Positions 1 through 12,208 of a DNA stretch of 64,000 bases are shown in pieces. Position 1 is the stretch's first letter; every line of letters starts with the position of its first letter. The notes under the pieces are model-generated. The model saw only the letters and a program-made list of their open reading frames with translations, searched no databases and had not been told where the DNA came from. The DNA is from Antedon mediterranea. Its lineage: Eukaryota > Animalia > Echinodermata. The stretch is taken from contig NC_092670.1 of NCBI RefSeq assembly GCF_964355755.1, positions 26,956,795 to 27,020,794 on the forward strand. Direction: 5' to 3'. A program made the translations under genes and the position numbers.

Positions 1-402
1 AACTGCATTTTGTTTGGATTTATTGTTCTCCAACCATCTATCAACTTAAAATTTTTAATTAGATTTTTAAGCGTAATTACAGATTTATCTATTTTTTTAC
101 ACTTCCTTTTTGGTCTACATCTATATCTAAAATACAGTTCATGTCTCCTCCCATGATAACCTTTTTACAACTCTCATCATTAAAATCTTTATAAATTTTA
201 TGAATATTTCTGAAGAATGTACTTCTATTTTTACATTCATTTGGCGCATATACGTTAATAATAATAAGTGGCTTTCCATGTACAAGCAATTTTATAAAAA
301 TATATCTTCCGTCTTTATCAATTAAAGATTTAATAACGCTACATTCTAAATCTTTTCTAATTAGAACAGAAACACCTCTACTATGTGAACTACCAACACT
401 TT
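1..402 (-). pseudogene. L1/Tx1-clade LINE ORF2 AP-endonuclease fragment
   Basis: Translation SRGVSVLI...DGRYI...INVYAPN...IMGGDMNCILD; after a frameshift it continues as LIDGWRTINPNKMQ to the window edge. These are typical L1-clade EN motifs. Confidence 0.85.
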
Positions 403-842
403 TTTGTAATTGTATTATTATGGACATGTATCCGGAAAAAAGTTGTTTGATTTGAATATAATTCATGAGACCTAATACTACCGGTATTTGAATATATAAA
501 TAATCTATTCAGATCCGAGAGAGAAAAAAAAATCCATGTATTTTCGTTCTGTCAGTAACTGTATAACATCTAAAGAAATGGTTAAATGAGATAAACGTTA
601 TGAAAAACATTGGAATAATTAATGGCTGGCACCTTGATACAAGCCCTCTATATTCTGAGTTGTTATTTCTTGCGTGAGTACTGTGTCTGTGTACACATGT
701 ACATTGTCATGGACAATGTTGACTCGTTGATTGACAATTGTTTTCCCGTCGTTTTTTTTACTAATTTGACGTTTATTTGTATAAAAATAGGTTTTTATTG
801 ATAAGACAATAATAAGCCAAATGTACTTTTTAATATGAATTT

Positions 843-920
843 AGGTTGCGAGTGGTTGCGCGTTGTAGCGAGTGGTTGCGAGTGGTAGGACGTGGTTGCA
901 AGTGGTGTTTAGTAGGACTC
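843..920 (-). repeat. Orphan DNA-transposon terminus with ~10-bp subterminal repeats (GGTTGCGAGT)n
   Basis: About 6 imperfect 10-mers ending in TTTAGTAGGACTC. A similar terminus GGGTCCTCCTAAATACC followed by short repeats starts near 14290. No matching TSD found. Confidence 0.4.
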
Positions 921-2619
921 AATAATGCTGCCGGGTGTCTAATAATGGTACAAGAAAACCATACAAAACAGGTGAGAATAGCAATAGGCTAGGCCTATAT
1001 AACTCTTCGTTAGTAGTAGTGCTTAGGCCCCTGTTGAGAAAAAAAGAGTTATTTCTAGGCCTAGGCTAGTAGTAGTATTATTACTATTTAGTGGACAATG
1101 CACCTAGTAGGCTAAACAAAACCAGGCTACATTTGGTTGGCATCCTTAGGATGTGGGCCTACATATGTGTACCACACTATTTTTCAATTCAATTTCAATG
1201 AGCTATTATTACACAACAAAAGCTTAACTTTTAGTATTTAGTTTTAAAAAGTAAATGAACATAACATACGAAATATAACACTTCAGCCTTTTTCTTCTTA
1301 GAAATTAATACTTAAATTATGTAATTAAAGGATAATTTATTACAGTTGTTTTCCCATTATATTACGATTTTACTGATTGGTACTTTATTGTCATTATTTT
1401 TACTTCTTTGTACTGTGTATAGCTGTGTAAGTTGAGGAGACACAGATGCAAAATAAATCTACCACTACTCCTACAGAAAAAACTGACTTAAAGACAAAAA
1501 ATATAAATATTCTTGAAACTAATAGACACGAGGTAAGTCTTGAATGGATGCTTTTGACTATTATATGGAGAATATCTGATCTACAGTATGTATCCATGGT
1601 TTGACCAAAATCACTGGCACAGTAAAAGCATCTCATATTGTATATGTTAATGTTTCTTATCTAATTAATGATTCAAAACCTAAAATTTTAAAAATGTTTT
1701 ATATAAACCAAACATTCATTCAACTTAGATAATAATGGAACATTATTTGTTACAGAAATGGTACCAGGCCTGGCTACAAAATGATTATCCAGCTTATTAG
1801 TACAGTAAAATTATACTATAGTGTTGTTTCTTTGATGGTGAATAAAAGGTTTCTACATTTAAATACTGCATAAATCCAATACAAAAATTACTGAAAAACT
1901 GATCGGACAGATCTAAACTGATCGACTGCTTTTCTCTCTCTCTCTTTGGAGATGATATAATATAATAAGCAAAACTCTAAATAAAAACCAAAAATAATCA
2001 GTCATAATAAGTTCCAAACTTTTGGAAAAACTAACCTTTCACATCAGGTATTAGGGCTATATTGAATATATATAAAAGGCAAATTACTGAAAAAATGACA
2101 ATGCTCAATGGAGACAAAAAAAAAAAAGCGAAAAGCTAAATCAAAACGGTAAAGTAAAACAGCCAAAAAAGTTAGCAGAGCTTTCGGGCCACACTAGCCC
2201 TTTATATTTAAAGCATTTTGTAATAATTAAAATACTTTGTATATTTGATAACAGTCTTTTTTTTTGAAAATAATAATTTGAGGGGCAATTGCTTGAAATT
2301 GACTGGATATTTTGTGGAGAACTTTGATAATAGTGTGGGAAATATGTTCATTTCAAAATATCAACTCTCAAAATCTAGACCCCGAACTTTGGAACGAAAT
2401 CCATTTCTAGGCCTTTTTTGAGTTACTGCTTATGGCCTACAGTGCAAAATCTCCACAATCAGCAAAATTGTGTACATAATAATAGTTATTCTTATATAGT
2501 GCATAAAGCAAGCTCTCAATGCGCTGCACATTATTACCCTGGATCAAACACGTATGGAAACATACTCCCATAATAATGCAGCTAGTAATCAGGGCAAAGT
2601 TGTGGCTCGTCTTGCTTAA

Positions 2620-3734
2620 AATGGACCTGAAATGGATTTTCGATTTTTTTCATTTTAGAATGATGTTTTGGGGGCTATTAGGTGTTGCTAGAATGTATAT
2701 TGTTACAAAATATAAATTGGCCCTTTTGGGGAAAGCCCCATTTGAAAATCAAAAAAATTCGCGGGTGACGTCACTTTGCGAATATATTCCTATCCCTCCA
2801 ATGGAAAATTTGCAGTTTTTTGGCTATAACTCTTGAAATCTATAGAGAGCTTGTGCATTTGCAGAAACGTATTTAGAATTTTTTTAGATAAAATTATTAC
2901 CGTATAAACGGTTACTCATCGAGTAAATGACGATTTAAAATCTTAAAATCAACGGTTTTTTTCTGGCAATACCGAAGTTGGCCTGGCAACGTTGTCCGGG
3001 ATACAGCTCCGTGCGCAATGATGCGTATCCATATTTTCCGTTCGTGTATTTTGTATATCGTTCGTAATTTATACTGCTAAAATTGGTTAGTTTCTTTAGT
3101 TTTTAGTTTAGCAGAATTAAATTAGTAATATGAGATGATAATTTATTTGTCACGAATCAGGTAGTTCGAAAACGAATTTTATTCATATTTTACTTTGGCT
3201 TGACAATGAGCGCAGCAAGTTGTTGATATCGCTTTGGTCCTTGGATACACATGAAACGGAGCCTCGCCGCATGATGTGGGTGGTGGATCGACTCCGCGCT
3301 CTGGATTGGGGGCCTAGGCCTAGTAAAGGTTTGGGAGGTAGGCCTTCTAAATTCGGGTTTTAGAACAAACGAAGTACATTTTAGGGACCTATATTTCAAC
3401 AACATTAGATATTGAATAAATTAGTATTAGTGTCAACGCTTCGCGTATCTTTCCAGGCCGTCGATCATTCACTGACTATCGGGCGGCATACACGCTCTCG
3501 ATATCACCGTATGTATATGTGACGTCGTAAATATAGAGGCTTCCGACGGCCGTTGAAATAGAATATTGCAATGGCGTGAGTAATTTTTGCTAATTTACCA
3601 TGGTATCTTAAAATTTCGTTTTTACTCAAAATACTTTACATTTTGTTTTTATTTGTGTGGGTTTGTGTTAATTTGATACATTTAAATAACATGTGTGAAT
3701 TTCTTGAAAATCGAAATTCCCTTTCAGGTCCATT
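2620..3734. mobile_element. Non-autonomous TIR element with TTAA target duplication (Kolobok/piggyBac type)
   Basis: TTAA-AATGGACCTGAAATGGATTTTCGATTTT at 2616 and its inverse AAAATCGAAATTCCCTTTCAGGTCCATT-TTAA ending at 3738; no transposase ORF. Confidence 0.75.
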
Positions 3735-3749
3735 TTAAGGATACAAATA

Positions 3750-3812
3750 ATGCGGCGAGAGTTGGATTCGAACCACGATCTGTAATCCAACATCCAACAC
3801 ACTGTGCCCTCA
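3750..3812 (-). repeat. Degenerate tRNA-derived SINE head
   Basis: The minus strand carries a B-box-like GGTTCGAATCC; no intact cloverleaf. Confidence 0.4.
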
Positions 3813-3915
3813 TCATGTGCAATGTATTTACATGGGTCATATAAAATTAAACCAAGTGTAAAAAATGCAAAACTATTAATGTTAATTCTATAAGCAAATT
3901 GTACATTACACCAAC

Positions 3916-4077
3916 CATGATCACAACCTGAAATGTCTTGGACTTGATCTCCGCTGCCTTTCGGGCCAATAATTCGTAGCTTAAAATATTGACCAATCCA
4001 CTTGTACCACATTCTTTAACTTTTTGTACAACGTTCACTTTTTCAGGGTCTATAGAGGGCAGCCACTTTTGCAGCAT
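3916..4077 (-). CDS. SMARCAL1: SMARCAL1 coding exon 5 (SNF2 helicase N-lobe, ends just before DExH)
   Basis: MLQKWLPSIDPEKVNVV...VNILSYELL...FQVVIM, with an AG acceptor at 4078-4079 and a GT donor at 3914-3915; phase is consistent with the previous exon. Confidence 0.88.
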
Positions 4078-4314
4078 CTAAAATAAGAAAATAATCACAC
4101 CACTTTATTATGGCAATTATTTTATTTTTAAAGCCATTAATTGGCTATACCCCAAAAACATATGTGCTTTACAGTAATGACAACAAATTCATCTTTTTTT
4201 TGTGCAGGACAATGTCCTTATCAATGCTTGGCATCCTGGTCTAAAGTGGCTGACCCTGCTAATGTGTACGAAATAGCTTTTTGGATAGATTGGTGTCACT
4301 GTTAATATACAAAC

Positions 4315-4465
4315 CTCTTTCCATACAAATCTGAGTGACGATGGAGAAACGATGAGTAATGGCCACTCAGCTCGATAGTAACATGCAATGCAGATCGCCT
4401 GAAATGTCTTACCAAGACCCATGTCATCAGCTATCAGTATACGACCCTGCCTCTCTATTGCATAA
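4315..4465 (-). CDS. SMARCAL1: SMARCAL1 coding exon 4 (SNF2 motif I/Ia)
   Basis: YAIERQGRILIADDMGLGKTFQAICIACYYRAEWPLLIVSPSSLRFVWKE, bounded by tgcag| and |gtttgt. Confidence 0.93.
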
Positions 4466-4645
4466 CTGCAAAACAAAATAGTTTTTAAAATATGGATATT
4501 GTGTAAATATCAAATTAAAATTACAATCAAGAGCCATATGTTTTAGGGATGTGACCAACACTGTATGACCTACAGTAATATTTCAAAAGTAATTAGATTT
4601 ATTAACAAGTATTACATGATAAAACCAAATTCAGCATTATCTTAA

Positions 4646-5272
4646 AGACACCTTCCCTACGTTTTTTAGATCTAATTTAAGATCACAAACTACATTTAAT
4701 GTAAAAATTATACTATATGGTCCTATTGCGATAACTTTTTTCATCTTTAAATGGTTAAAAATATGTGAAAAATAAGTCGATTCTAATAATTATAGTGGCC
4801 CGCTATAAATCCCAAAATGCATTGCGCGCGGATTGATATTTTTGTTTTTCTTCTGTAATTCACCCACTTTTCGATCGATCGTGAGGCCAAAACAAATGGA
4901 AGACTCCTAACTTTTCAGCGAAAATACCAGGTTTTCCCCAATTTGTATCAACGGAGTCTGGCAAAAATAGAAAGACAATTAATGCAGCAACTATACTACG
5001 TCAGGCTAGGTATATAGCTAGCGTACGATGTTCGTACGTTACCGATGTTTACCTGCTAGGCCTACAAAACTAAGCCTAGCTAGGCTAGGCCTAAAGACCT
5101 TCGACGACAGGTCAGTCGCCGCGAGCTACTTAGGTAGTACATTGTTTCTCACTTTTTATCATAATTTACCATAAAACGTACATTCAAGACCAGGAATGAC
5201 CTGGTTTAATGTTTTTAAAGTAATATATATCTATTATTTTTACAAAACGTCACAAATTGTAGGGAAAGTGAC
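4646..5272. mobile_element. Non-autonomous TIR element (Kolobok-like) in a SMARCAL1 intron
   Basis: Left end TTAA-AGACACCTTCCCTAC, right end GTAGGGAAAGTGACT. Related left-end sequence recurs at ~7142-7330 and ~46610-46750. Confidence 0.55.
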
Positions 5273-5624
5273 TATTCTCTGAAATAATTAAAATGTTTGG
5301 GTGTCGTATGGATTAACTTGTCACAATTTTGCAAAAGCCAGAGATTTTTCAGATATAGGTCGTTTTCTTTTCATTGAAAGACCTAAAGAATTGAATTTTT
5401 GAGTATTTAGGCTAAACTTCCTTAATTCATTGTTAATGAAATATGATTATATCCCACCACTTAAATTTCACTATATTTCATAATAGTAGGGTTATACTGG
5501 TCAAATACATATAGTACCAGACATCAAATTCTGCTACATAGGATTTTCAATTTAATTTTTGTTCCGATTAGACAAACATGTTTTTGTCATGAGAGAGACT
5601 ATCAGATTTGAACCCCCTACTCAC

Positions 5625-5808
5625 CCAACACCGTCTCTTTGGAATGGAATTAGTGCTTCTACAAGCTCTGAATCAACAGAGTTCAGGTTGACTTCTGGCA
5701 CAGTCTTTGGTTTGTTTATTCCATGCCTTTGCTGTCTAAATGTACTTAATACAGCTTTTGGAAGTGGTTCAATATCATTTTGCATTCCTGCCGAATTTAC
5801 CGCCTTAC
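5625..5808 (-). CDS. SMARCAL1: SMARCAL1 coding exon 3 (end of HARP, linker, Q-motif LIPFQRDGV)
   Basis: CKAVNSAGMQNDIEPLPKAVLSTF...VDSELVEALIPFQRDGV, bounded by gatcag| and |gtgagt; phases join correctly to the neighbouring exons. Confidence 0.88.
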
Positions 5809-6034
5809 CTGATCACAAAACAAATTAAAATTACATAACATATAACACAATTGACATTCGATTGCAATGTAAAATGTATCGATTTAAATAGTTACTAAAT
5901 ATCTAGCCAGTGAAAACACATCCACAAAACTTATTTTGTAATAGGTAAAATCATTTAAAGGGGAATATTATTTGTTTTTGGGTAAGAATTGTAAGAACAT
6001 ACACAAATTAACTATTGATTATTTTCATACTTAC

Positions 6035-6085
6035 AAAATTGTCCATAGTCACTTAGGTGGAAAGTCCAAACTTTAGTGACTGCAT
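6035..6085 (-). CDS. SMARCAL1: SMARCAL1 coding exon 2 (HARP domain core)
   Basis: 51-nt exon ttacag|...|gtaagt encoding (Y)NAVTKVWTFHLSDYGQF, matching the HARP YxxxTKxWxFxLxDY pattern. Confidence 0.85.
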
Positions 6086-6223
6086 CTGTAAAAAATATAA
6101 TTAAGTATTAAGAGAAGGAAAGAGCTGATTGATGAGTCCTGAAAATAATGTAAGTCAATTAATAACCTAAGAAAAAATATGAAGTAAAAATGCATTTTTT
6201 TTCTGTGAGTGAGACCAACTTAC

Positions 6224-6782
6224 TATAATTCTTTGTTGGCATCTGCTTAAATATATCAATTAACTTTTGATTAAATGAAACATCCACTGAAAAACTGGTC
6301 CTTGAAAATAGTACACATTGCACAGTCTTCGCTGAAGAATTCTTTGAAGTCGTCCCATAATTACTTTTACTAGAAAATTGTGCTGTTGGTATAAATGTTC
6401 TAGTTGAATCATTAACAGTTTTTTCAGAATTGGGGAAAGTTTGTGCTTGGTGACGAGTTGTGCTAGAGTTTGATTGGTTACAAGTATCTGGGATGCCTTT
6501 ACCAATTTGGAAATTAGAATTTACATTCACTCCTTTACTTGATGTCTGATAGAATCTGCTAGAAGAATTAGCAATACTTTTAGTTTTCTGCCTTATACCA
6601 GAACTAGATTGTTTATTCCTACTGATGTTTACTGTACCAGCCTGCTTTATTGCATTGCTGGTTGACTGATTCTGTCTTATCTCAGTTTGATTTAATCGGT
6701 AAGCTTTTTTTTCAAGTGCTCTTTGACGATTTTCTTCAATTCTTTTTAACTGTTCAGTAGTAAGTTGATTACCTGTTGACAT
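6224..6782 (-). CDS. SMARCAL1: SMARCAL1 coding exon 1 (RPA32-binding helix, start of HARP)
   Basis: MSTGNQLTTEQLKRIEENRQRALEKK is the SMARCAL1 RPA-binding motif, and FSVDVSFNQKLIDIFKQMPTKNY is the HARP start. An acceptor ttttcaccag just upstream of the ATG (exon starts at 6795) implies a non-coding upstream exon; the donor is gtaagt. Confidence 0.9.
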
Positions 6783-7336
6783 TTTTAATGTTTTTCTGGT
6801 GAAAATAAAAATAAAATTACACTCAACTGTCTCAATTACAGACTCCCTTGGGCTGGCTGTCTGATATTCTGGGAGGTCTAGTATTTGGAGAGTTGACTTC
6901 ATTTGTTTGTAAAAACAAAGTCAATAAAGTAGCTTCTCTAGGGCACAGTTTGTACTACTGCCTAAGGTTATCAATCAAAGCTTAGCATAGACAATCAAAT
7001 CAGAAGGACATGCAATGCTACCCTATGCTAGCACTACTGTGTTATCAAACAATCTGTATGAAACTATGTTGCTTCTGCAGTCCTCGATTTGTTGCGAATT
7101 ATTCTGCCAATATTGAAATAAATATGAACACTAACTATTAAGAAGACACTTTCCCTACATTTTTTTCGGTCTATTTTAAAAGGGTATTTTGTAAAAGTAA
7201 ATCCTATGGGCCTTTAATTGCGCTAATGTTTTATCTTTTTACTGTTAAAATGTGAAAAATATTGTGCCACACTATGAATACTGGATGGTGTGCATTGCAC
7301 GGGTTGATATGTTGATTTTGCTTCTCTATTGACACG

Positions 7337-9599
7337 GGGTGTGTCGAAAGCGAAGACCTCGAAAGCGAAGATCGAAGACCGAAGACCTCGAAAGCGAAGA
7401 CCCTACGAAATGGTAGTGTGCACAAAATCCGACCAAAATCATATAAAATCGTGATAACACCTTGAATTTACAGATTCTAAAAAAAGATTTCGATTTTAAT
7501 CGTTATGTTATCAAAAAACATGACTTTATCTATGAACAATGGAGTTAATATGTGATATGGTTTTACGAACAAACACATCGCGCTATTTGCAAGGCGACGG
7601 ACGCACAAGGACACGCACACTGTAGCATTGAATTGAATGCAATATTAATTAATTATTACTACGGTTCCGATAACTTTATGTCACACGTCGCCTACAATTT
7701 AAAACCATAGCCAATTGTATAGAAAAGTATAGAAATAAACTACAGTAAGTAAATTGTAAGAAGTAAAGGATTGCGATAGGCCTATTTAGGCTAATTTTAG
7801 AGCCTATATAAAAAGTGTCCGTACCATAGATTTTACACTTGTTTTTAAAAATGTTATATGCGTGAGTACAACTTAGAGATCCTTTTTTTTTCATTCAAAT
7901 ATGTTGATATATATTTATTATCTATAATATTTGCCTGTTGTCTAAATGTATGATTAAATACAAAGATATTTATTTTCCTTTAGTCATTCTGTACAGTATT
8001 TTAAACTTTTACATTTTCTCCATTGTAGGCCTATATACAGTATTGCTGATTTAATTATTCACCAGTTTAAAAATGTTTTTCTAATGTATTCATAATGGAC
8101 AAATGATATTATCAGTATCGGTTAGTGTGGTTGGTGAAGCGACAGTACTATGTAAAGAAGAAAAATATAAAAAGTAAAATAAATATTTCATTAACCAACG
8201 AACCACTAAACAAAAACTGTACTGTATCGTATTGACGCGAGCAACATAAGAAAATACTCTTCTATCTATTTTGCATCCCCTCTTACGATAGAGATTATGA
8301 CGAACGTAAAGCAGAAGTGTTGAACACGTCTACGGACGGTGCTTCCGTCGTCGGTTCCCACTTGTAATGACACGCAAGTTTGTTCTTAAGGCGCACTTTG
8401 CGTCGATCTGGAAACTAATTCCAGCTCTTAAAATATTTTCCCGGGCCAAATTTGACAGAATATATTCAAATTATGATTTGACAAAAAGCTAAAAAGAACG
8501 AACGATAATAGGCATCAGCGTTCTATAAATTTTGGTTATAAATCGATTGTTTGCGACACATCATCTGTTTCACGGCTTCCATAATTCCGAATAACATTTA
8601 ATTATGCCATATATGTCAAAGTTCACAAAAGCCATTCAAAACAAAGATTGAAATAAAAAAATATTCGCTTCAAAAGTTGCCGATTTTGTTACGGTTGCAA
8701 TGTGAGTAGTGACGATAGTGTGTTCACTATTAATTATTTTTAAAACGGGTGTTTATTCATATCGGTATTACGTTTACCGACACTGTCAAAATACATGTTT
8801 AATGAAGTTCCAGTAAAACGGAAAAAAAAAAGAAACTGACTTTTGTTTTCAAGCATTGCCCGTGGTAAATACAAAAAGAGATACTCTCTATAAAGTGATG
8901 GTGAATTCGGGCTTAACCACTCTAACCCCCAACCTTCTATCTCACAGGCTTGTGGATGAGACGACTATTGAACAGTCTCCCGATTAATTATAGATTTAAA
9001 TAAACATATATCAAAACATATTTAAATGCAAAAAAAAAAAGGATCTCTAAGTTGTATTCACGCGTATAACATTTTTAAAAACAAGCGTAAAATCTATGAT
9101 AAGGACACTTTTTATATAGGCTCTAAAATTAGCCTAAATAGGCCTATCGCAATCCTTTACTTCTTACAATTTACTTACTGTAGTTTATTTCTATACTTTT
9201 CAATACAATTGGCTATGGTTTTAAATTGTAGGCAACGTGTGACATAAAGTTATCGGAACCGTAGTAATAATTAATTAATATTGCATTCAATTCAATGCTA
9301 CAGTGTACGTGTCCTTCTTGTGCGTCCGTCGCCTTGCAAATAGCGCGATGTGTTTGTTCGTAAAACCATATCACATATTAACTCCATTGGCGAAAACGCG
9401 TAAGCTTGTTCATAGATAAAGTCATGTTTTTTGATAACATATAACGATTAAAATTGAAATCTTTTTTTAGCATCTGTAAATTCAAGGTGTTATCACGATT
9501 TTGTATGATTTTGTGCACACTACTATTTCGTAGGGTCTTCACTTTCGAGGTCTTTGGTCTTCGATCTTTGCTTTCGAGGTCTTCGCTTTCGACACACCC
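7337..9599. mobile_element. MULE/Foldback-like non-autonomous element, ~600-bp TIRs, 9-bp TSD
   Basis: Termini GGGTGTGTCGAAAGCGAAGACC...GACACACCC; arms ~7337-7930 and ~8990-9599; perfect TSD ATTGACACG (7328-7336 / 9600-9608). Confidence 0.9.
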
Positions 9600-9808
9600 A
9601 TTGACACGTGTTGTATTTAGCCGCTCTCGATTGAGAACACCAGGTCATCATTGACTGAAGTTGACATGTCCTTTTTACTAGTCTACTAACATTAATTAAC
9701 AACTGTACATTGAATGATTCCACTAAATACACAGACTAGGCCTAGGCCTACTTCTATTTGGGAACAGACGATCTAACTAAGAAGCTAGGCCAACTACCAC
9801 ACCACCAG

Positions 9809-11614
9809 GGATTACGGTCGAAGCGGCCGCCAACCAAAGCGGCCGCTAGTTCAATAACGGTAATTTGTATGGAACGCCGTGTGCGCTTTGATTGTCGTTG
9901 TTTTGTAATCTTTGATTGTCATTGTTTCGACAGGTTTTCTTTACCTCGGACGTAAATAACAATCTAAATTATTATGTAATTTATTCTATTTTTTTACAGA
10001 TTGAATGTGATACGTTCTTTTAAAAGAAATGGCGAATCGATGATTACTTACTTTAACAGTTCTAAATGATATGTTTAATAAAGTCAATAAAATACATTGT
10101 GGTGTTTGTATTGTATATTAATATAATATATAATAAGCCAATTATTAAGAATAATATATATATATTTTCAATAAAGTATATCAAAATATATATATTTGTT
10201 ATTGTATTTAATTATTAATTAATAAAGTAACTACTGTAGTAGTGTTCGCAATCATAATAACATGATGACATCAATTTATTTATTTAATATCCTAAATTAT
10301 TTTATACCTTCAGATATATAAATATTGATCAATTTAAAATGAGTTTTAAATACTAAAATAAGATGCAAGTGTCTGTACGGTACGGTAATTAATTACGCGA
10401 ATTTCTGCTAATAACTACAGGGCCGGCTGTAGAAGGTCGCGTTTTCGTCCCCATGTTGCTTTATTGAAAACACAAACAATGTATTACAATGGAATAACAC
10501 TTAATGTATAACACACCCTATTACTAATCAATAAAAAACAAGATTCGATAGTACACAGTGTAAATGAGATATAAAGATTCGGCAATACCGTACGTAAATT
10601 ATTATTGCAATACTGTATGAAGATTCGATAGTATGTAAATGAGATATAAAGATTCGGCAATACCGCACGTAAATAGTATTGTAATACTGTATAAAGATTC
10701 GACAGTAAAGTAAACGAGATATAAAGATTCGGCAATACCGTACGTAAAATTATTATTGCAATACTGTATGAAGATTCGATAGTATGTAAAGGAGATACAA
10801 AGATTCGGCAATACCGTACGTAAATTAGTATTGCAATACTGTATAAAGATTCGATAGTAAAGTAAACGAGATATAAAGATTCGGCAATACCGTACGTAAA
10901 TCATTATTGCAATACTGTATGAAGATTCGATAGTAAAGTAAACGATATATTAAGTTTCGGCAATACCGTACGTAAATTATTGCAATACTGTACAGTATAA
11001 AGATTCGATAGTATGTAAATGAGATATAAAGATTCGGCAATACCGTACGTAAATTATTATTGCAATACTGTATGAAGATTCGATAGTAAAGTAAACGAGA
11101 TATTAAGTTTCGGCAATACCGTACGTAAATTATTAATGCAATACGTATGTATAAAGATTCGATAGGAGAGTGCTCGAGAAACGTCGGGTTAGTTTAACGT
11201 TATTTTTTCCCTTCACTGCCAATATTTAAAAAAAAAGAGATATAAATAAATAAATAGTAAATGAGATATAAAGGTTCAATAGTACGTAGATTATGATACA
11301 AACGTATATTAATTATTATTAATGATTCGATAGTATATGTAAATATATTTAGTTAGTTAATATTAAAATACAAATAAAATATACATTAATTTATCGGCAA
11401 ACTTAATTTTTATAGAAATATAAAGATTCGATAGTTCATGATTTGGCTTATATTTATTGGTTTGACCATACATACAGCTGTAACTCAACTGGCCATAGGC
11501 CATGGTGTTGACAACGACAATCAAAGATTAAAAAGCGCACATGGCGTTCCATACAAATGACGATATTAAACTGGCGGCCGCTTTGCTTGGCGGCCGCTTC
11601 GACCATACTACTCC
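9809..11614. mobile_element. MULE-like non-autonomous TIR element containing a minisatellite
   Basis: Inverted arms GGTCGAAGCGGCCGCCAACCAAAGCGGCCGC...TGTATGGAACGCC; flanking direct repeat (C)ACCACCAG at 9800-9808 and 11614-11622. Confidence 0.8.
10540..11165. repeat. ~75-bp minisatellite, ~8 copies
   Basis: The unit AAGATTCGATAGTATGTAAATGAGATATAAAGATTCGGCAATACCGTACGTAAATTATTATTGCAATACTGTATG recurs about every 75 bp. Confidence 0.9.
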
Positions 11615-11769
11615 ACCACCAGCAGGCATAGCTAGAGAGAAGAACTTAGAAGGGGACTAGGGCTAGCCTAGGCCTAGGTCCTAGCCTTACTAGCTAGGCC
11701 TCTAGGGCCTAGCGTAGTATTGTAGTATAGGCCTAGCTAGGCTAGCTAACCTAATAATAATATATATGC

Positions 11770-12183
11770 CTTAATATGCCTCCCTCCTGCACTCAGCAGA
11801 GCATGAACATGGCAGACTCTGTTGATCAATAATTATAATAACACAACAGTCGTCGTGTCGTCGTCGGCGGATATGGTTTCCCGGCCCCCCGTGCTGGTGG
11901 GGAGTGGTGGTCATGTCAAAACAAAGATTGTATAGCGCGCCGCGCGTAGCAAAATAAAACTGGCCAAAGAGATTGTAGAATTCCCACCTTTGACCTTTTT
12001 AATAAACATGTGGTTAGTTGGTTAGTTGTAGCATGTTGTAGTGTGTTGTGTGTAGCAGCAGCAAATTAGATCCTATACAATCTGGCTGCTGTAACTAAAA
12101 CGCTGCTGTAACTAAAATGCTGCGTAAATAAAAAGACTCGGCAGCATTAATTTCTTGATTTTGTTTCATATAGCCGGCCTGGA
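11770..12183. promoter_or_regulatory. Putative bidirectional promoter of SMARCAL1 and HOP2
   Basis: Locally GC/CpG-rich non-repeat island immediately upstream of the HOP2 ATG, flanked on both sides by TAGGCCTA clusters. SMARCAL1 needs an upstream non-coding exon. TSS positions are inferred. Confidence 0.5.
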
Positions 12184-12208
12184 ATGAGTAAAGAAAAAGA
12201 TACAGAAG
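12184..12208 (+). CDS. PSMC3IP: HOP2/PSMC3IP coding exon 1 (MSKEKDTE)
   Basis: ATGAGTAAAGAAAAAGATACAGAAG|gtattt. The phase-1 donor joins in frame to exon 37527, and the MSK start resembles HOP2. Confidence 0.65.

Noticed and set aside
6783-6902. N-terminal 40 aa of the 247-aa ORF as part of SMARCAL1
   Set aside because: It crosses a splice acceptor at 6796; homology begins at Met 6782.
7676-9247. Duplicated 72/73-aa ORFs as a gene pair
   Set aside because: They are mirror images within the TIR arms and have no protein features. The same applies to the ORFs at 33181/35472.
10540-11165. CRISPR-like repeat/spacer appearance; ORFs 10484-11040
   Set aside because: The intervening sequences are also repeated (no unique spacers), there are no cas genes and the context is eukaryotic. 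The ORFs are translations of the minisatellite.
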